Shown piece after piece: positions 1 to 12,000 of a DNA stretch of 64,000 bases. The translations under genes and the position numbers were made by a program. Position 1 is the first letter of the stretch. Every line of letters starts with the position of its first letter. The stretch is taken from positions 25,048,001 to 25,112,000 of the forward strand of contig OZ004607.1 of the NCBI GenBank assembly GCA_963924565.1. The letters are read 5' to 3'. The notes under the pieces were generated by a model that was not told where the DNA came from, ran no database searches, and was given only the letters and a program-made list of their open reading frames with translations. This DNA comes from Ascidiella aspersa (lineage: Eukaryota).

Positions 1-3000
1 CCTTCTGACACTGGCACAAATTCAACAAAGAGATCTTCAGGAACTAGTCCACTTCCAAAAAGAAAGCCTGACAATCTTCCAGCAAAGGGCTTCAGTATGT
101 TTTACAATTTTATATATATTTGGTATTTACTTATAATTTGTGTTTGTTAAATCAACTTCTTCTGTTTTAAAATGCATGCATTGCCTAGTTAAGTGGTTAT
201 CAGAATTTTGTAGTTCTGGGCACAGTAAAAAATAAAAAAAAATTTGAGGCACGACTATTGCCCAGAATAGATTGCAATACTATGGATAAAGTCTAAAACA
301 TTACCAGTACAAGTCTTGCCTGTTTGTTTGCAATTCAAGTAGGTTATTTTCCCAAATAAAAAAAGTTTGCGGCACACTTAAAATCTCTCCTGGCACACTG
401 GCATAATCTTGTCAGCTTTCTGGTGACAAGCATTATCATCCCATGTTCTATGGGTTTTTCTCATGTTGTTAAAGTTGAGTGCTATGTAATTGTTCGCCTT
501 TCAAATGTATAACTCTGCCATTTTTAGACAATAAGTGCGTTTTGGGTTTTTGGCTATATAGATTTCTTTAACATGGACAAAAACACATTCTACCCATAAC
601 GGACAAAACTACATTAATACCTGGATAGAAGTTAAAAATATAGTATTTACATATATCTGCTCTCTGTATTTTCACAAACCACTGTGTTGTGTGAGCCTGG
701 CATAGTTTGTAAAAGCGATCTTTCAAAAAAAATTTGTTTTTAAATGAAATATTTTTTGCACCAATTTCTTGTCTTCTGGTTTTAATTCTCTGGTTTTCTG
801 GCTAATTCTTCCGCTGGCTTGGTCTCCAAGTCGCCTGCATTCTGCCATGGGGCAAACAGTTTGAGAATCACTGGCCTAATTACTTGCGCATACAAGGTTG
901 ATTACGAAATCTGTATTATAGTCAATATTAATAAAAATGTTTTACTCAAAAGGTGTTGTTGTTTAATAGTTAAACCAATTTGTTTCAGATTACATTAACA
1001 ATAATGGAGAAAAGTCCACAAGTCAAAAAAATCGACAGACTGCTTCCAAAGGTGGTGAGATGTTAAGCAAAGAAGAAATTGCGGTAAATGTTTTCATCTG
1101 TTCTTGCACATATGAAGTTGTTGTTTTTCCTTTAATTGTGACAAGTTTAAAATATATTTTATGGGATGTAGTAAACTTACTGTAATGTGAACATTTTTCA
1201 GGTGCTTCGCACTACTTCTCTGATTAACGGAAAGGAATACGTACCCTTCATTGAAGCAGATTTACAGGAGAGATTCGCTTTTCCAGTACCATACAGGTGA
1301 ACAACACACGTTATGAACACTGGTGTTCTGTACAAAATGTACATGAAAAAAGTATCGCAATGGGCGCTTGTTGACACAACATTCCAATACTTGCTCTAGT
1401 GAACTAAATGTTCGTTTCTGTGCAGACACAAGGCGACTTGTCTCCACGCACGACAAACAGGCGTTGGTTATGTATTATATGCGTTTATGCGTAAATCCAA
1501 TGATAAACAAACGGCCGTCTTATAATACTGAATATTTTTTTAAATTTTCTACTCGTAACCTTAAGTGCTTTTTTCGATCATGTTTTCATACATGTAGAGG
1601 ATTGTAGGTGATGTAGTCCAGGGGTGCGCAACCTTCGGCCCGCGGGCCAGATCCGGCCTGCCAACGTAAATCATGCGACCCGCGACCTGTTTTACAAACT
1701 AGGCACAAAGCCATTCCTCATATTTTTCGGCTATTTACTACTTGAAGGCATTTTTTTACCCTTTTTGCAAATGTCGATTTTAAGTGTAACATGTTGTTAA
1801 AACCCTGTAAATAGCAAAATACCCCCTTTTTATTCCTGATTGACAGTCGTTGTGGTTGATGGATGCGTGAAAAAACTTTTATTAAAATCTCTTAAAAACA
1901 GTTAAAATTTAACGGACTACAAAAAGTTTGCGTCTGTCGCTTACTGTAACAAGAGGTATTTTAACATATAATTTCAGCGACAAGCACGGGCTGCTGGAGT
2001 TGTCGGAGAAGCAGAGGTCGCGGTTGGGTGGCTGGAGGCGGCCCGACGAGTTCATGGACAACCCCCAGATGATCATGGCCGTTTCAAGTCTCAGCATTAA
2101 GCAGACCGTGGTTTCCGATTGTTCCTTCGTCGCCTCGCTAGCAATCAGCGCCGCCTACGAGAGAAAGTTCCGCAAAAAGCTCATTACCAGGTAAACGCCC
2201 CTCGAACTGGGTGATTGTGTTTGGGATAAAAATATGTGACCACTTAGGAGACAAATGGCTCCCAATACTTAAGCCGCTGTCATGTTGTATCATCTCCATT
2301 ACGATGTTTTCCCTGTAACCTGTCGAGTGTTTTTCCCATCATTAAGTAATAACAAATCGTTTTTTGGACACTGTTTCTTATTACTTTGGCGATGCGCGTA
2401 GCGGCCATTATTGTTTTTACAATTCTATTACGAACATAGGACAATCAAATGTTTAGAATAGCGAAACACATGTTTTTCGGTGTTTTAGGGTCTTGTGATT
2501 TAGCAACCTGTTTACTCTGTAATACACTACATTAAGAGTGTAAAACTTCAACTGTTTTCGAAACCAGTGCTGCCCAACCTTTTTCAGTTCGCGACCCACT
2601 TTTAATGCAAGTTTTGTTGTACGACCCACAATAAGATATGAGCATGACCAATTTTTTTAGCAATAGTTTAAAATGCAACTAATTCGAAATATATAGTTTA
2701 ACAGTTACAGAAAACCGGCATCTTTACTACTGACGTACGTACTGAAATAGTTCAACAAAACACATCCAATTGTTACGTATTTGTGATATTTTTGGGTAAA
2801 TGTAGAAATGCTTGGAAATAAATAATTCGTTTTTATTTAGTATTATCTTTCCACAAAACAAGAAAAAGGAACCAGTGTACAACCCATGCGGTAAGTTGAC
2901 ACTGTTTTTTGTGCATAACTTTATTTGCTTGATGTAGTTCTTACGAAATGTAGATTTTAAAGTAGTTGTAATGTCTCTAATTTTAGTATACATTTTTTAG

Positions 3001-6000
3001 TGCTTACGCACTGGTCAGCAATAATTGATCCAACTCTTTTCACTTCAACACATCTCAATTGTTTTGTACAGGCAAGTACATGGTAAAGCTGCACTTGAAC
3101 GGCGTTTTCCGTAAGGTGGTGATAGACGATCGTTTGCCGGTGGATCGTCAAAACAAGCTTCTATGTTCCTACTCCTCCAACCATAATGAGTTGTGGGTGT
3201 CGCTTGTTGAGAAGGCCTACATGAAGGTGATGGGAGGATACGACTTCCCCGGATCAAACTCGGTACGGTCTATTTTCAAGGATTAAGATTTTTTTTCTTA
3301 AAATGCGTTTAAATACTATTTAGAATGCCAAATTAAATTTATATTGCTATGATCGGATTACAGACATAAGACCGAAATTAGAACAGCATCAACGTAAAAC
3401 ACAGGTTGCGATAAGACCAAAATAGGACCAATCCTAATAGTCGTAATAACGTTTAGATCGGAATTAGTCCTAAACCCTTTAAAATATTATCGAAATGGCC
3501 AGAATAAAGGCCTATATGCACCCTTTTACCTAACCCCAAACCCAACCCTTAAATGGATCACTAGCTCCCCTAATAGTTTTTACTTTCTTACACCAATTTC
3601 TAACCCACTCATTACCCGCCCCTACCCCCAAACAGGGGCAACTAATCCGGTGCCAAAACAGTGGCGCCCTTCAAATTTGGGCGCCCAAACGCCGACACTA
3701 AAACAGCCGGTTCCAGACAGGTGTCCCTCATTCGTCCCATACCCTCTCCCCACAGTTTTAGGTTTTTTTTGTCCTTATTCCAAAAAAAATTCGAACTAAT
3801 TCAGTCTGGTTTAGGTCTTATTCAGGCGATTTCTTATTCTTTCGTGGGTATTACCGTGTATTTATCTTTATTATGTCGTTGGTCCTTATACTATGGTATT
3901 ATAGATTATTCCGTTTTAGAGATACTACTAACAAGTAAAACTCATAGTTAAAAACATGAGTAAAAACAGGATCAGACGTTTTGTTTAAAGGAAAATATAT
4001 TTCGCCAAAGTGGCATCATCAGTTCCTGTAAGAGTACTAATAAATAAAATCGGAGCGCAGCCATCAACAAACCAATAAAAGTAAACAATAAAATATTAAA
4101 ACATTATAATAGACTAAAAACGCAATGAAAAGCACTACAGCCTCGCAGGCAACACGACTGGGATAAATGAGTAGGCGACGCAAATAAGTGGAGGAAGGGG
4201 AAAAAAATACATATGAGCAGTGCGAGATGCTAGACGGTAAAATGCGGCTCGAATGGGTAGCGATGAGATAGCGGTTTATCTTATTCGCGGTAGAACCATG
4301 TTTTGGATGTAAATGGTTGCGTTGACTACCTTTAGCCATTTTGCTTCACATATGTCCAACTTATTAAAAGGTGTTTTTTCTAAAAATGTTATGCTGAAAC
4401 ACTCTGCAATGGTAGGCCTCTGCCTCACCATGGACATGTGTTTGTCAGCGTAGTGGCGCAGAAGTGCTGCTTTGTCGTTATTTACTCATTTATCCCAGTC
4501 GTGTTGCCTGCGTGGCTGTAGTGCTTTTCATTGCGTTTTTAGTCTATTATAATGTTTTAATATTTTATTGTTTACTTTTATTGGTTTGTTGATGGCTGCG
4601 CTCTGATTTTATTTATTTGTACTCTTACAGGAACTGATGATGCCACTTTGGCGAAATATATTTTCCTTTAAACAAAACGTCTGATCCTGTTTTTACTCAT
4701 GTTTTTAACTATATGAGTTTTACTTGTTAATATACGCGTCAGCGGAGCAGTGATCGACTGGCTAAAACCTGCCGCCGATGGTTTTTGATTCTATAAAGAT
4801 ACACCCTATTGTAGAGATACTACTATGTAGGTTTTATTATGTGTTTCCGTATGATCACTCTACTGATCATTTTTCAACTTCGGAATTTTTAATCTAGGGT
4901 TTATTATGATTAATTTTCCGCGTTAGGGTCTTCTATCCTTTTTAAAATTACAATTTATTTAAAAGCACCTTGATTCCTCTCTTATCTCGTAATGGTGTTT
5001 CTCCCTGACGTAATGGTGGATACTGTCAAAGGACAAGTTACAACCACGAAAGCTGTGCTACTCACTTTGCTACAACGCGACGGTTTTTGTTTCCAATGCC
5101 AACAAACAACCAACGCTAGCCAAACATTGCGTCAAATAAATTACGTCACTCGCTTACCCGGGCCCAGAGAACACACACAGGAACCTATTACGTTTTGTAT
5201 ACGCTCGATACAGTCGTTCCCTGAGTTGCAAGGCGACCCCAACAAACCTAATGTAAAAGGATTCTGTGTGCGCGAGTCAAGAGCACGGCGGTCTGACCTT
5301 CCCGGCCTTTCCGTACCTGACTGAGAATCTAAACAAAGCAAGCCCGCAACAAGTTTGTCGAACGCCTGCTCGTCGATGTGTTACACGTTGTTAACATCCG
5401 AATTCCGAGCCATTCCCGCATGTACCGGCTGCCGCTCCCAAAGATTCCACATTCGCTCGTGACCTGCGCTCGCATTTTGCCTGATCATGCCACAGCCGCT
5501 GTAATGCGTAGGATTTTGTCTCGGAGATTTGAAACGTTGCGGGTTTACTTTTCTCTTACATAAATTCAACCTTCGAAAATAATAAGGTTGATCTCACCGA
5601 CCACAGCTATGTTGCAAAGGCGACAATAACGTCATGTGCGTTGTGTAATCATGGTTGTAATATCAAAATAGCGAACACTCTTAAATAAAGCCTTGATGCT
5701 CCAACTAAAACCATCCGTTCTGCTGCTCAATTTTTGTTGGTTTCTCCTTTTTTGAATATTTAAAGAATGTATTATGTCATTATAGTTAATGCTTTATTCC
5801 CTTCCCTTACTTGTCGAATTTGCCTGTCAGAAAATACCCCAAAGATGCACAAGTGTTTTTTTGAACGTTTGGCGATAGACTTACATAATGTTTGTTTTTT
5901 TCTGCATAACGACTTACATAATGTTATGTCGAGATCAACGGATAAACGCAACTGGGCTCCCTGGGGTTTGTACACCGTTGTCACATAGTCAATATATATT

Positions 6001-9000
6001 CAGAACATTGACCTTCACGCGCTCACCGGTTGGATTCCAGAGCGACAGGCGTTACGCGACAAGGAATTCAACGCTGGCGCTTTTTTCGACAAAGTGTGCG
6101 AGCGGTTGAACAAGGGTCTCTGCCTAGCCACCATTTCCACCGGTCCCATGAGTGACGTCGAAGCCGACAGGGCTGGTGGGTGTAATGCTAGTCGCAGACA
6201 CTGCCTTGTTGACGCGGAATCGATGATGTTGCAAAAAACATCGATTTATTTTTCCTCCACTATAACAACCGATCGTTTGCAAAGCAGAAGTGTTTTTTAT
6301 TTAATCGTTTAGGTTTCCTGTTGTATTTCGGATCGTTTTCTGCTTTATTGTGGTAAACATTTAAAATCAAAAGACTAAGTTTTGCTAGACTAATGGAAAC
6401 CATATAATTTGTTATATCTTCGAAACTTTGTAAAAAATGACTGATTTAACTTTGTTGGACCAATAACCTTTATGTGTAAACATGTAGTTTGGCTAGAATA
6501 CTATCATTTAATTAAAAACAGGAAACATACTCTTCTTTTCATAATTCATTTACTTGAGCAGTCACCACGAAAACCCTATCCACGTTGTTGTTTGTCAAGG
6601 AAGTTTAAAATATATGTTTATTACGTTTTTTTTAATTTTCCATTGAAACAAAATCATGAATTTATTTTCTAAAACTTGTCTCTAAAGTTGTATAAATATA
6701 AATATTCATGCATTTTACATCCAATAGGCTTTGTCAAGTTTGCATTGGCAGTGTTTGACGGTTATGCCATTAGGTCTTAGTAGATCGAGAGATACCTCGG
6801 TGCTTCAGTTTAATCAGCATTAATTTTTTCACATCTGATTATGTCCGGTATAGTTTTTATCGGTCGCCCATATCTCCTCTTAGGTCTTGTATCGACCCAC
6901 GCTTATGCGGTGCTCGACATGCGAAACGTACAAGGGCTCAAACTGCTCCAGGTCAAGAACCCTTGGAGCCACCTACGTTGGAAGGGAAACTACTCGGCGC
7001 AGGTACATTTGAACGCGCTTGTATAGTTGTACTTTGTTTCGTGCTTGTGCGCATATGCGCGTATGTATGTGCATGCAAATGAACTATAGGCGTCCTATGT
7101 TTATCTGACCTGGTCAATAAAAGTGCCACAGAAACTTTAAATCTTTGATAAATTTACATATTTTATAGTCGCTATATATTTGAATTGTTCAATATTTTAC
7201 AGGACGAAACTCATTGGACGCCAGCGCTAAAGAAGGCTTTAAATTACGACAATAAGTTTGCACAAGAGTTCGATAACGGTACGTTCATACTCTAAAAAAC
7301 AAAGTTTACTATTTTAGCGTCAAAAAGGTCAAAGCGCTTACCTTACATGTTGTTGTTGTTGGCACAACAATAAAATGTACCTTGTATATTGTTGTCAGCT
7401 AAGTTTCACTTGTGACACAAAAAAAATTTCAACTATTTCGCCGGTAAGATCTGGTGCCATTTTTGCTGTTAAAATAACAACTAATCAAAAAAAAGTTACA
7501 CATTAGGCCTAAGGCGCTATCTGTTTATGTGGTACATAACTTTAACGGCCTTTCAATAAATGTAGCTATAAACGGTTCATAATTAGCAATATATATTTGT
7601 GGCGTCGCGCGGAAATTCGCCGTAATTATTTATTTTCACTACTGCGTAAAGTTAAACCGCAAACGTTTATGTGGCATTAATTGTATTTACGATGGGCGCT
7701 TTGACACAACTGTATCGGGCACACAACACTCCCAATTACCCACTTTCTAAAGACTGCAAATTGTCTTCTGACTGACGGCAAAACCCAGTGTGAATGAACT
7801 TACGTATGATAAGCATTAATAGCCACTGATATGAAGCAACACGGTTAGAATTAGCTGTAAATAACGAAGTGGGATGTTAAGTGCTGCGTTAAATTAGTTT
7901 TAGAGGGAAGAAAACTAAGTAAAAAACTTTTATTATAGTGTTTTTGTAATATTCTCTGCACTGCGTCAAATAAGTAATTATAGTTTATCATGTTCATGCA
8001 GTTTTGCAAAAATAAACTTGTGGATATTTTACGCTTCTCTTTAAAATTTAAATCACTGATGTTGGATTGATAATAATCTGCTTATGATATTCTTTGCAAT
8101 TAAATCGATTCCCAAAATAATTAAATTCGATCTTTGTCAAGTAAAACAGCTTTATATCAGTGATATTCGACCTGTGCTACACATACGAATATTGGTGCAC
8201 AAGGCTTGGTGGTACGCCATAAGCTTCTCGCTCTTAAGTGAAATGAAATATATTTAGTTTATTATTGTTACTATCAATCTATTGCCTCTTTGTATATTAC
8301 TATGTGGGTGTGATACAAGCAAATTTTATGCTGATAAATTTGTATTTTACTGATCACAGAGTTAAGCAATTATGTTCTTATAAATTAGGTGGTCTAGAAG
8401 AATGTTCCCTTCTTGTTCTTTAGGCGTCTTTTGGATCGATCTTGAATCGGCTCTTCACTTTTTCGACACAATGTACGTGAGCTGGAATCCCGACATCTTC
8501 CCACAGACCACATGCAGACACGCCGCTTGGCTGGCCAAGGACGGACCGGCAAAAGACTCCATCACCCTCGGCAACAACCCGCAGTACAGACTCGAAGTCA
8601 GGTGCTTACCGGTTGTTGCTTTGTTAATGATCTAACCTTATCGCTTTTCGCTGGTGGGCTCCTGTGTACTGTAATGGGTGATAATATTAAATGCTTTTTG
8701 GAAAGTATCTGATCAATATGTGAACGTTTGGCTGTGCTGTCTTCTTTATGCAGGATGTACACACTCTTAGTTTTAACGTAGAATAGAGCTTCTTGTTACG
8801 TTCCTTTACTCGTAAATACACACAGCAGTTATCGACGGTATATATCTAACATCGCCTAAACAGCGCCAGATTGCTAACCAGATCACCGACGTTGTACACA
8901 AAACATTTATTATAGCCGGTTAATTCACCATTTAACATGGGCAATGCTGAGTATTTCGACTGGCACAAGTAACGATTACAGCGCGATTAATCGTCAACCA

Positions 9001-12000
9001 ATCTCTGTATATCATTATGTGTTTCGTTCTTTTTTGGTGAATTTCTCCCCGGTGACCGTCCAAACACGAATTGAAATGCGCCTTTTCATCCTCTATTTTT
9101 TAAGCAGTTTGATACAAAGCTGTCAATGTTGTTAATGACCAGAAACAAACCGGCGACATCGGTGTGGGTTCTACTCACACGTCACATCACAGACAAAGCG
9201 GATTTCGCCGAAAACAAGGAATTCATTACGCTACTTGTGTACAAGAACAACGGCAAGAAAGTTTATTACACGTGTAAGTATAGCAGCTGTTCTAAAGAAA
9301 TAAAATCCGTTTACAGCTGTTGATTCTAATTGTAATTTAGTTTAAAAGCAAATCCAAAGTTAATTAGCTCGGTCGGCTAGGACGTATACTACTTTACAAA
9401 TCCTTATTATTTGAAATCTGAAATGGATTTAAAATTGAAACAGGTTTACGACATTGAGTAACGATCTTAGGTGCGACAGCTCTTTGCAAATAATTCTTGC
9501 CAAATGCAGCTTTTGTTTATTTTAGTTTTACGCGACGAGGCAATTGTGGAACGCCCATTTTCACTATACGTTGTTTTAGCGCTATTTAAAATATAACGCC
9601 GCGACTCGTCTTCAACAGATAACCCTCCGCCCTTCATCGATGGGGTTCGAATTAACAGCCCCCACTACCTGACCAAGATCCCGGTCCCCGAGAATGGCCC
9701 CCACAACTTTACACTGGTCGTGTCCCAGTACGAAAAGCACAAGAACATCCGATATACGCTGAGAGTTTTCACTTACTGCGATTTCAAGTTTAGGATGATA
9801 GAGGACCCGTACAAGATGAGTAAGAGGGTGAGTAATTCTCAAACAATAGCTCCTAGGCATTTTATTATTTGATGTTTATTTTTTTAAATCTTTAGAAATT
9901 TCGTAGTATTTTCATAAAAAAACGGCTAATAACACTATAAAGCCTTTATCTCCAAGCCACTTCCCATGAAAAAGTAGATAAAAATATTAAATATCCGCTA
10001 GGTCACGTTGCACGTAAGCACCTTATCGCAATTGTTGTTAAGCATCTGTTCTTTCTCATTTGCCGAACTGTATGTATGTTAAAATCGTCATAAATGTACA
10101 ATAGGCAATTCGTGCCCACGTAAAATAATATAAAAATAAAAAGAAATATTTTAATGAAATCCCTTCAAAAAGAGTTCGGACTTGCACGGACGTACTCTAA
10201 TTGTCATTTTGGCCATTGCAACAAATGGAAAAGTTCAATATATACAGTCGGGCTGTAAATAAACGCAATTCTTTGTATCTTGATGCAGATAGAAGGAGAG
10301 TGGACCGCACAAACGGCAGGAGGATGTGCCAATAACAGAGCGACCTACGCCAACAACCCCATGTATCAGATTAACATAGAGGTACGTTGTCAACCGGTTT
10401 GTCAGGGATTTGCTTAAACTTTTTCTTCTCCCTTATGACTAGAATTACTCCCTAGTTTTACTTTGATTGGCCGAACGGCGGGTTTTGTTAAACAGCCTTG
10501 ATTCATTTAACGGTAACCTGTTTTACTGCACTGGGTTGTGAGTCAAGTAAAATCCACAGCTGGAAAACAAGATTTAACTTTATATATTCAGCAAGCGCCA
10601 TCTAAATCTATAAATAGAAAATGAAGTCCAGGAATCGATGATAAATACTAATCTTTAGTTGCGCATAGTCTGTCTGCTTATAGGCTACAATATTGTATCA
10701 TGTGGCAAGTATTGATTGTTGCCTAATGCGTGAAATAATAGATAAACAAACCCTGTTTAAATCAAATTTTATCTTACCAAAGCAAAGAACTACTTTTTCA
10801 TTTTGGCTTGGAAGGTAACGTAATGTTATCACTCACGCTGATTGATGACACCTGGGCGTGATCCTCAAAACTCATTTCAAGCATTAAATGCTGATTTAAC
10901 GGTCGATACGTTAAACAACTTCTTGTTTGGAAAGTAATGATTTTGATCTTGTTACATATTTATAACGTGTTGTAAAACGTGCTTGCAATTTGCCGACACC
11001 CATCTTCTGTTGAAATATTAAGGGTGGTGGCGCCGAGAAATGCCAACTTCTGATTGAACTGAGAGCCCCCAAAGTATACAGCAACGGTTTCGACATTACT
11101 TGCGTGGAGACCAACACCGAGAAACCGTTTACACAAACAACCTCCGGCTCTTTCAGGTAAAACAGCACTCGTCTATGCCTTGTGTCATACTGTACTTGCG
11201 ACTGAACGTAACCTTATCTGCAAGTCAGATATAATGAAGATGTAATAACATCACTACAATCAGATATAATGTATGTTGCCAAAACCAAACAAATAGTTAT
11301 TTCTCCATGTTGTTTTCAGATGTTGTGGTGTTGTCGTCGACCAAACGGTTAACTTTTGCAGATCACCTTTGCTGAACATTTTTTTTAGCTTAACCTTTGG
11401 TGAATAACGTGTTTGTAATTTTCGTATTTCACGCACCATTACTCCGTTTCAAGACTGATCAAAGTCAACTGCGCATTTTCTATTTTTAGCCATCACGAGC
11501 ACGCCACAGCATCGTTATATATACGCTTTACCTCGGTCACACAGCAGGTTCAATCTCACAGCCCGCCCGTTTCTATTTACGTACATTGTCTACGCAATTC
11601 GAGCGTGACAGGCGTCATTGATTTCCTAAATCACTTTGCCCTTTAGCAATCTTCTCATTCGAAGGAAACTCCCTACATCAAGGTTGAGTTCTGCTATGAG
11701 GCTCGACAACCTCAGAGAAAAATGTTGTCAACGCGTAACCCCCCTGTTTGAACTAAGACCCACGTGATAATATTTTAGGGATTTTTCTCAATGGAATTTT
11801 GCTAGCGAACACAAAAGCCAGCATAACTTCTTCTGTTTTCTATTGGTTAATCTTTTCAAACAATGTAAACATGAATAATGTTTGTTAGAACTTATCTGTT
11901 AATCATGCAGACAGCGCCTATAGTGCTTAAGATAATGTAAACGTCATCTTCCATAAATCCGATAAGGAAGCGTTTGGAACAAGCGTCCAAAAAACGAAGT

